A stretch of DNA of 64,000 nt from an uncultured Nitrososphaeraceae archaeon (GTDB lineage: Archaea; Thermoproteota; Nitrososphaeria; Nitrososphaerales; Nitrososphaeraceae), in NCBI GenBank assembly GCA_963729045.1, contig CAVSMN010000013.1, positions 43,642-107,641 of the forward strand. Reading direction: 5' to 3'. This document shows, one piece after another, positions 54,132 to 63,562 of the stretch. The notes beneath the pieces were generated by a model. That model did not search any database. It had not been told where the DNA came from and saw nothing but the letters and a program-made list of their open reading frames with translations. The translations under genes were made by a program, and so were the position numbers. How positions within the stretch are numbered: position 1 is the stretch's first letter; each line of letters opens with the position of its first letter.

Positions 54132-55187
54132 TCACCTACTCTTTACAGTCGACAAAAATGTTTCTATTACATTACCGACTTTCTCTGGATATTGATCTGG
54201 AACTGCATGACCAGCATCTTTTATCTGTACAAGCCAGGCTCCTGGGATTTTTTCTGCAATAATTAAAGAATTAGCAGCTGGTATAGTAACATCTTCAGTT
54301 CCAGTCATTACCAAGGTAGGTTTGGATATATTTGGAAGCTGACTGCATACACCACTCCAGTTGGTTGACTTCCAGTTTTGTACTATATTGTTCTGCTGTA
54401 AATAAGTATCAAGAGTCATACCAGAAGGTAGCAAATCTTTGGGGTTTGTTGGAATGGTTTCAAGGAGGTTGGGATGCAGTTTGATCCATGTTGGTCCGTA
54501 GCTGAGAGATACAGCCGTTTTTATTTCCTGTGGTTCTATTGGAGTGTTATTTACAATACTACTGAGGAACTTCTTAGCCAGTTCTAAATCTGCAGGGGTA
54601 TTAGGTATACTCTCTTTCCCACCACATGTTGAAGAAACAAGTACAAGCCTGTTGACCTTCTCTGGATGAGTAAGAGTAAGCTGCTGAGCTATAAATGAGC
54701 CCATAGAATGTCCCATAACATCTGCTTTTTGAATCTTCAGAGCGTCAAGTAAACCAGCAGTAGTCATTTGCAAATTGCTGAATTGAGAATTGTTTTGTAC
54801 CAGCAGTTGTATTTCCAACTCCACGATTATCAAATATTATTACAGTATGATTTGAGGATAGTTCTCTTAAAATAGTTGGTTCCCAGTCATCCATAGACCC
54901 ACCAACACCCTGAATAAGCAAAATAGGGTCGCCATTACCAAACATCTTGTATGCCATTTCAATATCTCCAACATGGACTTTTTCTAATGGAATATCTTGT
55001 GTGTTTACCAAGCCCGTAACATTATTGGTGGAGTTAGTATTGCTTGAATTGGTCTGGGTAGCATTTGTTTGACCGTTCACTGTATTAGTAAAACCGTTGA
55101 TCACAGTCATACTTGAGAAAATTATAGTAGATAATGAATGCTATAATGAAAAGATAGATCTTTTCTAATCTGTCTATTATTATACAT
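54132..55187 (-). pseudogene. Secreted alpha/beta hydrolase, paralog 2 (frameshifts near 54763 and 55135-55160; may be sequencing errors)
   Basis: Joined ORFs give FDNRGVG...GHSMG...DAGH; N- and C-termini homologous to paralogs 1 and 3. Confidence 0.8.
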
Positions 55188-55289
55188 AACCAAATTCACT
55201 CGAGGAAGTATATAAAGAGGGTGAAGTCTTGTATGAAGACTATCTTGGTCAAATTATTACTCTCTCTATAACCAATAACTAAAGATAGA

Positions 55290-55375
55290 GGGATCGCGGG
55301 TTCTCTCTTTAATTATCGGGATTTGAACTTTACAATAAAGCGAAGGGATCGCGGGTTCAAATCCCGCACTTCGCA
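55290..55375 (+). repeat. Composite site with 31-nt tRNA 3' copy (55345-55375)
   Basis: gggatcgcgggttc (55290), cgggatttgaac (55317), then the 31-mer. Confidence 0.92.
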
Positions 55376-55432
55376 CCTCTTTTCTTTTTGAGTTAGAAAT
55401 AACCATCAATTTCAAAAATGGTTAAAAGTGAA

Positions 55433-55720
55433 TTAGCTAGTCGGAAGTGAAGTTGGAGGTCCGCCAGTAATTTGGGTTGGGTTATCTTTATGAGCTTTAG
55501 AGGCGGTGAAGTTATCCTGATTTGTAATCTTAGAATCTGAAGGAGTAGACGATGGGTAGGCGATAGTCATAACATCTTCAGAACTCCCGCCATAAAGGGT
55601 TGCATACACTTCATGTTGTTCAATCAAACCAATTGGATAAGTCATCGCAGCTAATCCTAAACCTAAAACTATAGGAATTACTGAAAATACTTTATTCACA
55701 TTCTCTATTTTAGATTGCAT
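55433..55720 (-). CDS. Small secreted/membrane-anchored hypothetical protein
   Basis: 95 aa with N-terminal hydrophobic segment ending VYA. Confidence 0.6.
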   Translation of the reverse strand: MQSKIENVNKVFSVIPIVLGLGLAAMTYPIGLIEQHEVYATLYGGSSEDVMTIAYPSSTPSDSKITNQDNFTASKAHKDNPTQITGGPPTSLPTS

Positions 55721-55754
55721 GTATAATAATATTCCAGTAGTAACATGTAATATA

Positions 55755-55923
55755 TTGTTTCTAAGTGAAGATACTTAATCGGGTCTTGCATAAGCGGCTT
55801 GTGGATATAATGCACGACCCTTCTGAAATTACTTTGGGAGTTGGTTATCACTATCTTGATGGGTTTAAAACACCATATATCGATAGTCATGTTTCACTTT
55901 GGTTACAATTTACATTTGAACAA
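55755..55923. repeat. Diverged noncoding repeat of about 170 bp with hairpin, copy 1
   Basis: Aligns with 56912..57093; gggtcttgcat...atgcacgaccc. Confidence 0.7.
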
Positions 55924-56179
55924 CGATAGGAAAATAGTGAGCGCTTGCCCCCGAAATCAACCTAATAGTATTTAGAATAATGACCACCTAACTTGGCTTG
56001 ATTTTATTTCGATACGGTCATCCCTACTAAAATTTTTAAGATATATGATATTTATTAATAGAACAATAGGTCTATAATTCTGAAACATGATGATAATCCT
56101 TCTAAGTCAAACAAAAATATTAGTCAATTAAATAAATATAGATAAAAGGAGAATTGGATGTGGTTCGTCAGTTATTTTA

Positions 56180-56803
56180 TTACTTTATTTCCCATACACT
56201 AGCTGATGTATTTCCTTCATTGTCTACTTCATAATCAAAGAATCCCACTTTATTATTCAGGTAGGATAATTCTCCTTCAGATGCTGTATGAAAGAATAAT
56301 GAACCTTCAAATCTAACATCGCCTTCTGGGTTCGTATTGCCTACGCCTTCTGCTGTCCATGTTACGAATTCCCCGTCTGTAGCAGTATTTATTCCATGTC
56401 CTTCGCCATGAACAGAACCGTTAGGATAGAGTGTTGCCCAATATGTACCAAGGTCATGTGCTGGTATATCCCCAAGTATAGTTGAGTTCGCAACAAATGT
56501 TGATTCAATTATTGGATGAGGATGAACTTCAAGAACCCTTTGATTTGTGATTTTGCCCTGTTCTTCTATGATTAATACTATTTGAGGATGAAAACTTGAT
56601 TTTTGTTGTTGATCCATTGCTAAGGTTGTATTAGTATTGTTGGAAGACGACGAGGTAGTAGTATCTGTCTGAGCAAATACTGTATCGATATTATCACCAA
56701 AGAAATTAAGCCCAGCAACTGTCAACATAGTTATACCTAAGGCAATATAGAATTGTGTCTTTGATAGAGCTATCTTATTTGTTTTTGATAAATTGCGTTT
56801 CAT
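56180..56803 (-). CDS. Secreted hypothetical protein
   Basis: Signal peptide ending VFAQ, S/T/N linker, beta-rich C-terminal domain. Confidence 0.8.
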   Translation of the reverse strand: MKRNLSKTNKIALSKTQFYIALGITMLTVAGLNFFGDNIDTVFAQTDTTTSSSSNNTNTTLAMDQQQKSSFHPQIVLIIEEQGKITNQRVLEVHPHPIIESTFVANSTILGDIPAHDLGTYWATLYPNGSVHGEGHGINTATDGEFVTWTAEGVGNTNPEGDVRFEGSLFFHTASEGELSYLNNKVGFFDYEVDNEGNTSASVWEIK

Positions 56804-56911
56804 TGCAAATTAATTACATTACTTCTATTTAAGTTGTGCTTAAACTTGTTGGTTAGATTGTATCAGATCCGATTTGTTCGGATTGTATGGTCTTTTCTTA
56901 GGCTTAATTTC

Positions 56912-57093
56912 TTGTTTCTAAGTAAAGATACTTGAAAGCGGGGTCCTGCATAAGGAGCGTAGAAATCTAGAGATGCAAGACCCGACTGGAACATTGCTGG
57001 GAGCTAATGTTAACCTTGACTATCCTGATGTGTTTAAAAACACCATGTATGGATACATATGTTTAACCATAGTCACAATATAGTTTTGAACAA
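56912..57093. repeat. Diverged noncoding repeat of about 180 bp with hairpin, copy 2
   Basis: Aligns with 55755..55923; gggtcctgcat...atgcaagaccc. Confidence 0.7.
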
Positions 57094-57155
57094 AATTAGT
57101 TTATAGAACAAGTTTGGGATTTTAAAAGCGGAACACGCCTAAATTACTACAGTGA

Positions 57156-57247
57156 GGAATCGCGGGTTCCCACTTTCGGGATTTGAACTATACATAGCAA
57201 AGAGCGGGTTCAAATCCCGCACTTCGCACTTTTAACGCGGGATTTGA
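57156..57247 (+). repeat. Composite site with 25-nt tRNA 3' copy (57204-57228)
   Basis: ggaatcgcgggttc, cgggatttgaac (57177), gcgggttcaaatcccgcacttcgca, cttttaacgcgggatttga. Confidence 0.92.
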
Positions 57248-57375
57248 TCACATGAATGATAATTATAAGAATATGATCTTCTAATGTCATCATTATCTTA
57301 ACTCAAAAGACATTGATACTCTATAGTTAGGATCACATCATCATTTAAATATTCTAGAGACTATCAGTATGGAAC

Positions 57376-58092
57376 ATGGATAAAGACGTTCAACATATTT
57401 TCCGACCGTCTTTGAGAAACAAATTTTTGGTCGAAATCGTCGGTACTTTTATTTTAGTTTATGCAATTGCTTCTGCTGCAACCGTCTATTCTGATAGTGG
57501 ACAGTTAGGAGTAATTGGAATAGGTTTGGTTCATGCTCTAGTCCTAACTGCAATTGTTTATGCTATAGGATATCGTTCTGGTGCACAGGTTAATCCTGCT
57601 GTTACAATCGGTCTGTTAGTGGCCAAGAAAATTGGTAGAAAGGAAGCAGTTGTGTACATCATTGCTCAGATTATAGGTGCCGTGCTTGCCGCTGCAGTTG
57701 TCTATTCAATTTTTGGCTCTGAAATGTCAGCTAGTGTAACATTGCCTTCCGATGATAATGTGATAAGAGCCCTTATATTAGAAACTGTAATGACGTTTAC
57801 GCTGGTATATGTTGTTTTAGCAACAACCACTTCAAAGAACTTTAAGATAGTTCCATTGGCTGGAATAGCCATAGGTTTTACTCTCGGATTCAATGTTATA
57901 TTCGGAGGCTCAATTACTGGAGGGTCATTAAATCCAGCTCGCTCCTTTGGCCCTGCCTTAATAACCTGGGATTTTGCTTATCAGTGGATTTATTGGGTAG
58001 CACCAATTGCTGGTGGACTAATAGCAGCAGGAGTGTACAAATTGCTTAATACTGAAGAGGAACAGGAAGAAGAAAAACTTCCACCAGAATAA
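57376..58092 (+). CDS. MIP family channel (aquaporin)
   Basis: Two NPA motifs (QVNPAVT, SLNPARSFGP) and six TM segments. Confidence 0.95.
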   Translation: MDKDVQHIFRPSLRNKFLVEIVGTFILVYAIASAATVYSDSGQLGVIGIGLVHALVLTAIVYAIGYRSGAQVNPAVTIGLLVAKKIGRKEAVVYIIAQIIGAVLAAAVVYSIFGSEMSASVTLPSDDNVIRALILETVMTFTLVYVVLATTTSKNFKIVPLAGIAIGFTLGFNVIFGGSITGGSLNPARSFGPALITWDFAYQWIYWVAPIAGGLIAAGVYKLLNTEEEQEEEKLPPE

Positions 58093-58109
58093 TATTTGTA
58101 AAAGAGCCT

Positions 58110-58679
58110 AGATTCAAACACTGATGAGGTTACAGATACCCTGTCCGCTGGAGGAAACCCAGGTGGAATAGCCTACAATCCCTGACAACGGTAACATGTA
58201 TGCAGCAAGCACAAATTCAAACTCTGTCTCTGTAATTGGGTCAATAATGCCGATTGCAGATGACGGACTTGACCAAACTGTAGACTCTGGTGTGACAGAG
58301 CATCTAGATGGCCGTGGTGGTACTGACCCAAGGAATGAAACAATGACTTACCAGTGTACTCGCACAAACGGACTTGGAGTCACTCTGAATAACTTAATAG
58401 CAGTAAATCTTCACGGCATCCCGGACCATATTCCAACAAACGTTCGCATGTGAACTGGTTGTGACAAACGAGTAAGATTCGGTAAGTAAACGTGATAACG
58501 TCACTATAACTGGGGTTCTAATTTTGAAGGCAAATTGATTAAGGTAATAACATCAATATCCAGGTTAAAGAAAACTCTGGTAATAAAGTAGGCGACGGTC
58601 TGGTAAAGGAAATATGTATTCTGACTCTCCTATTTTCCAAGGATAATCTAAAGAGGAGGATAGTCAAGTAATACCTTAG
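58110..58679 (+). pseudogene. Heavily degraded YVTN/PKD surface-protein gene
   Basis: GIAYNP..., DQTVDSG and a 3' end (tattctgactctcctattttccaagg) homologous to the end of 61507..62343; many stops and frameshifts. Confidence 0.7.
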
Positions 58680-58750
58680 AGTTTTAAGTCTAAAATTGAA
58701 CCTACTCATCTAGAGTGGTTTCAAAATACATCGCTCTAAATTTAAGAAGA

Positions 58751-58881
58751 GGGATCGCGGGTTCTCTCTCCTTTATTTTCGGGATTTGAACTTTTACTAA
58801 ACAAGAAGCGGGTTCAAATCCCGCACTTCGCACCTGATGTTTAGAGATTCTTTGCAATTACTGTATTTTGTGCGGGAATTT
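58751..58881 (+). repeat. Composite site with 25-nt tRNA 3' copy (58808-58832)
   Basis: gggatcgcgggttc (58751), cgggatttgaac (58780), 25-mer, inverted gtgcgggaattt (58870). Confidence 0.92.
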
Positions 58882-59265
58882 GCCTGTTTTTTTTGGTTCT
58901 ATGATTACCCACAACCAGATAGATTCAGAAACAACTTTGATTAGTGTCTCATTAACGACATACTCTGATACATTCCTTCTACGATATGACAACTTTTGCG
59001 AATGGTACTTTTGAATCCAGTTCCCAATCGATACATGGTTTCATTTGATAGAGCAAGCAAGTCTTTCGGAGGTTTTTCTTAATGATAAGCCTGAAAAATA
59101 CAAATACAGACCATAGCATACATATACTTTGAAGATGTTCTGTTTCTGTTAATCACATATGAAATAGAGCACTTTCAAGATATAGGCTTATCATTAAGTG
59201 AACAGAGCCAAAAAAAACCAATAAAGTATCAAATAAAAGGAAATTTAGAGTTAGTGGTTCCCCTG

Positions 59266-59586
59266 CTACTTATAGAGTGGGGGCTTTGGGTCACTGATAC
59301 TTTTATATGATGATGACTGCGGGTCAGTACTACTACCCTCATCGTTTCCTTCATATCTATCATAACATGTCACTTTATCATTTATATCACAGTAAGGATT
59401 GCCATAGCATCCATCAGACCCTTTCGAGCAATCATGCATAGAACCAGAATCAGATTGTGAGTCCCCTTTTGCAAAAGCTATATTGCTTGATGGTACGTAA
59501 ATTGTTACCACAGAAGTTATTACCCCTAAAATCACAGTAATGCCAATCAATGACAAAATCCTATATACCATAGAACTAATAAACAT
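59266..59586 (-). CDS. Small secreted Cys-containing protein
   Basis: Signal peptide ending AFA, 4 Cys, TATA-like sequence upstream. Confidence 0.7.
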   Translation of the reverse strand: MFISSMVYRILSLIGITVILGVITSVVTIYVPSSNIAFAKGDSQSDSGSMHDCSKGSDGCYGNPYCDINDKVTCYDRYEGNDEGSSTDPQSSSYKSISDPKPPLYK

Positions 59587-59779
59587 AAGATATATATAAA
59601 GTTATTCTTGAATGGTTTCGAAATGATGTATGATAACTTTATAAAATTATATGTATATTCAAAATTTATAAGTATATTATTATATTCACTAAATTATTCA
59701 TATAATGCTATTTAAGGTCATGACTTAAAGAATTTTACTCATTCCTGGTTGACTAGATCACTTGCGTAATAAAGGCAAA

Positions 59780-60010
59780 TCAGGATATGAGAATATGTAT
59801 TCTGTTGCTAAACATGTCTACATGGATGATGGAAAAGTAGATAGTAGCCTTTTTGCGTATATTGTGAATCTTTTTGGATGTTTTGAGAGTAAGTATCAAA
59901 AGTTTTTCCCTACTCCTATCATAGTTAAACCATATCGGAAGTATATTGGGATCACCTTTCTTATTTATAGTACCGATTTGCAGAATCAAATTCTTTTGGA
60001 GAAAAACATC
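59780..60010 (-). pseudogene. Fragment of a PPOX/pyridoxamine-oxidase-like gene
   Basis: LQIGTINKKGDPNILPIWF...SKK.HNI...IYFSI, truncated. Confidence 0.55.
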
Positions 60011-60104
60011 TATCTCCTCCTTACTCTAGGAGGTGTACCTGCAATCGCACCTATTACTTTCATGGTACCTATTCGGAATTCAAGCAGAAAAGGTTTACTA
60101 CTCG

Positions 60105-61155
60105 TTATATGTTATCTGCTCCAATGTCACCAAGTTGTTCACGAAGTGCAGGAGCTACTTGTGTACATATTAACTTGGTAGCTTGTATCAGTTTCTCTTG
60201 AGGTAACGATCCAGGGTTCATCATAAAAGTGAACCTAGAGATACCACCTAGTGCTTTGCTGTGTCTAATGATCTTTTCAACTACCTCAGTTGGATTGCCT
60301 ATGACTAGTGCTCCTTCGGGATCACGCTGAGCATTAAAACTTGTTCTTGTCATCCTGGGCCATCCACGCTCTTTTCCAATCTCAGTCATAGTATGAGCGT
60401 AGCCTGGAAAGAAATCATCGATTGCTTCTTGAGTTTTATCTGCTACATAGCCAAGTGAATGTATGCCTACTTTCAATTTGTCAGGAGAATGTCCAGCTTG
60501 TTTACCTGCCGTCTTATAGAGATCAATCAATGGGCGAAAATAACGTGTTCTCCCTCCTATTATAGCAACCATTAGAGGAAGGCCAAGGTTACCCGCACGT
60601 ACAAACGATTCAGGAGTCCCACCAACACCTATCCACATGGGTAGATGGATTCTGCAAGGGTCTTGGATAGATTCCTTGTCCAGTCAGAGCAGGTCGATAT
60701 TTACCAGACCAATGGACATGCTCATTTTCACGAATCTTTAACAGCAATTCGAGCTTCTCCGAAAAAAGGGTATCGTAGTCATCCAACTTCAGGCCAAACA
60801 ATGGGAATGCCTCAATGAATGAGCCGCGGCCCACTACCATCTCCGCCCTACCTTGAGACAAAAGATCCAAAGTTGCGAATTCTTGGAATATCCTTACGGG
60901 ATCGGCTGCACTCAATACCGTTACTGCACTGGTAAGGCGTATATGTTTAGTTCGTGCTGCGGCCGCTCCTAGGATGACAGCTGGAGCAGAATCAAGGAAT
61001 CCGTGACGGTGATGTTCTCCTACTCCAAATACATCCAATCCTAGTTTATCAGCTATTTCGATTTGTTCGATCAATTGTTGCAAACGCTCAGCTGCGCCAA
61101 TAGAGAGGCTTTTATCATCATGGGCAGCTGCAAAGCTATCAATCCCTACTTGCAT
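60105..61155 (-). CDS. LLM-class flavin-dependent oxidoreductase; +1 frameshift near 60645
   Basis: [31 protein letters not shown]; then [12 protein letters not shown] in the next frame. Confidence 0.88.
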
Positions 61156-61506
61156 TTAATATTTGTAATACAAATTTACTATTTATGCTAACCATTAGTT
61201 TACATTTATCCTGAATAAATTACTATATCTAGTAATAATCAATAGGTTAAGACTTATTCCACTACTATTAGATTTCATAAATGTATTATGTTACCAAGTA
61301 TAATATTCAACTAATTAAAAACCTCCATATTTAGAAAACATCCTCAGATGAATCATTCCCAAGTATTATGACATCATTAATTGACAGATATAATAAAGAA
61401 TCGAATTTACATTCTATGTTGTCCCTAACTCTTCAACATTCTACAATTTTTGTATCAGGATATTGGATGACTCTAATAATTAATTATGGTAGAACTGAAA
61501 TCTTGA

Positions 61507-62343
61507 CCGTTTGCCAATGATTATCCTTTCGCATTAGAATACAATCCTAGCAATGAACAAATATACGTAGCCAATCTTGAATCACAGGATGTATCCGTCA
61601 TTGATACTTCAATTAATACAGTTATTGATACTATAGAGGTGGGAACCAATCCAATTGCAATTGAATATAACCCCCGCAATGGAGACATTTATGTTACTAA
61701 CCTTTCATCAAATGATGTTTCAATTATAGGCGAGTCAACCAATACGGTAATTGACACATTAAGAGTTGGTGTTCATCCGTCATCATTGGAATATAATCCA
61801 AGCAATGGCGAAATATATGTGGCAAACGAAATGTCTGGAGATGTTACTGTTATTTTTACGAACACTTCAACAGATAGAATACCATCTGCTAATGCAGGTC
61901 CAGACAAAACAGTTGATAGTAGGGAAGTGGTTCAATTAGACGGTTCAAATAGCTCCGATCCAAATGGATCGGCTTTGACATATCAGTGGACTCAGACATC
62001 TGGCCCAGAAGTAACATTAAGTGATTCAACCTCTGCATCTTCATCATTTACAGCGGCCGAAACAAATGTGCAAACTGATCTAACATTTCAATTGGTTGTC
62101 ACCAATGAGGAAGGGATGGAAAGCGAACCTGATAGCGTTACTATAGATATAAACCCTTCCAATTCTCCATCGGCACCTCCACCATTTGAAGGTATTGTAG
62201 GCTCAGGTAATAACGTAAACATCCAGATCCAAGAGAATTCTGGTCATAATTCGGGTGGACAGTCTGGTGATGCAAACCTGTACTCTGACTCTCCAATCTT
62301 CCAAGGTCAATCAACTGAACAGGATAGCAAAGTAGTGTCTTAG
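61507..62343 (+). CDS. 5'-truncated YVTN beta-propeller + PKD domain surface protein
   Basis: Three EYNP.NG/E.IYV repeats, ANAGPD...LDGS.SSDP..LTYQWTQ.SGP; no signal peptide; in-frame stop at 61504. Confidence 0.75.
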   Translation, partial: PFANDYPFALEYNPSNEQIYVANLESQDVSVIDTSINTVIDTIEVGTNPIAIEYNPRNGDIYVTNLSSNDVSIIGESTNTVIDTLRVGVHPSSLEYNPSNGEIYVANEMSGDVTVIFTNTSTDRIPSANAGPDKTVDSREVVQLDGSNSSDPNGSALTYQWTQTSGPEVTLSDSTSASSSFTAAETNVQTDLTFQLVVTNEEGMESEPDSVTIDINPSNSPSAPPPFEGIVGSGNNVNIQIQENSGHNSGGQSGDANLYSDSPIFQGQSTEQDSKVVS

Positions 62344-62368
62344 CTATGTAGAGTAAATATCAAGGTTA

Positions 62369-62419
62369 GCGGGTTCAAATCCCGCACTTCGCACTTTTTT
62401 ATGATTGATTTGAACCCGC
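62369..62419 (+). repeat. 25-nt tRNA 3' copy (62369-62393) + oligo-T + inverted T-arm (62408-62419)
   Basis: Read directly; same right flank as the tRNA and the 54022 copy. Confidence 0.92.
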
Positions 62420-62475
62420 TTGTCTATATTGCGTACAAAATTAATATCCGATTCTTCTTTCCGCTTGGTCTCCCA

Positions 62476-63507
62476 CTATTTTACAGTCGACAGGAATGTT
62501 TCTATTATTTTACTGACTTCCTCTGGATATTGATCTGGAACTGCATGACCAGCGTCTTTTATCTGTACAAGCCAGGCTCCTGGAACTTTACTGGCAATGA
62601 CTAAAGCATTCTGATGAGGTTCGTACTGGTTATCGTCAGTACCTGTTATAACCAACAGGGGCTTGTCTATCTTTGCAAGGTCGTCACAGACACCGCTCCA
62701 GTTTTTTGCTTCCCAGGCCACACCCAAGTTGTTTTGATTGTTCAATGTATCAGGAGAAAGACCAGGCTTTGTTGATGCTAGTGTCATATTTTCTGGAATA
62801 TCAAGAGATTCAGGATGCAGTTTTATCCAACCAGATCCTAATGATGCAGTTACGAGAGCTTTGAAATCTTCTTGAGGAACGGTTACATTATTTTGAGATT
62901 TGTTTACAATATCAGCCTGCAATTTTAAAAACTCAGCCGGTTTAGGTATACCATCTTTACCACCACAGGAACCAGAAATAAGTATAATGCTACTAACCTT
63001 ATCAGGATGTGTGATTGCAAATTGTTGCGTTACGTATGTACCTAGAGAATGTCCAAGAATGCTTGCATTTTGTATTTTCAAAGCATCCATTAAACCCGCA
63101 GTATCATTGCCAAGTAACTTTACAGAATACGGTTCGGTACCTGCAGTGGTATTTCCTATTCCACGACTATCAAAAATAATTACTGTGTTATTTGACGCTA
63201 GTCTAGTTAAAAGGGCTGGATCCCATGCATCCATATGATCAGAAGCACCATTATGAAGAATTATGGGGTCACCTTTGCCAAACATCTTGTACGCCATTTC
63301 AATATCTCCAACACGGACTTTTTCTAATGGAATATCCTCTGTATTTACTAAGCCCGTAACATTTGTGGAGTTTGCTTGGGTAGCATTTGTTTGACTATAC
63401 GCAACATTAGTAAAACCGTTGATCAAAGTTGTACTTGAGAAAATTATGGTAGAAATGAATACTACAATGAAAAGATAATCTTTTCTTACCTGTCTACTAT
63501 TATTCAT
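62476..63507 (-). CDS. Secreted alpha/beta hydrolase, paralog 3
   Basis: GHSLG nucleophile motif; clearly similar to paralog 1; TATA at the same offset. Confidence 0.9.
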   Translation of the reverse strand: MNNSRQVRKDYLFIVVFISTIIFSSTTLINGFTNVAYSQTNATQANSTNVTGLVNTEDIPLEKVRVGDIEMAYKMFGKGDPIILHNGASDHMDAWDPALLTRLASNNTVIIFDSRGIGNTTAGTEPYSVKLLGNDTAGLMDALKIQNASILGHSLGTYVTQQFAITHPDKVSSIILISGSCGGKDGIPKPAEFLKLQADIVNKSQNNVTVPQEDFKALVTASLGSGWIKLHPESLDIPENMTLASTKPGLSPDTLNNQNNLGVAWEAKNWSGVCDDLAKIDKPLLVITGTDDNQYEPHQNALVIASKVPGAWLVQIKDAGHAVPDQYPEEVSKIIETFLSTVK

Positions 63508-63562
63508 AACCAATTTCACTCGACGGAGTATATAAACCAAATCGAGTCTCAGATGAGAAATG

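Noticed and set aside
59762..60181. 139 aa plus-strand ORF
   Set aside because: Antisense to the PPOX fragment and the LLM gene end; no motif.
48106..62393. The 25-31 nt repeats as a CRISPR array
   Set aside because: Intervals are 1.3-3.6 kb and contain genes, the repeat is identical to a tRNA 3' end, and no cas genes are present.
51177..62393. The repeat copies as extra or split tRNA genes
   Set aside because: None has a D arm or anticodon arm, and no bulge-helix-bulge or complementary leader for trans-splicing is evident.
48165..62604. Three similar short plus-strand ORFs (48165..48347, 54081..54266, 62401..62604) as a peptide family
   Set aside because: They are antisense to the conserved hydrolase 3' ends and their reading frames are not conserved between copies.
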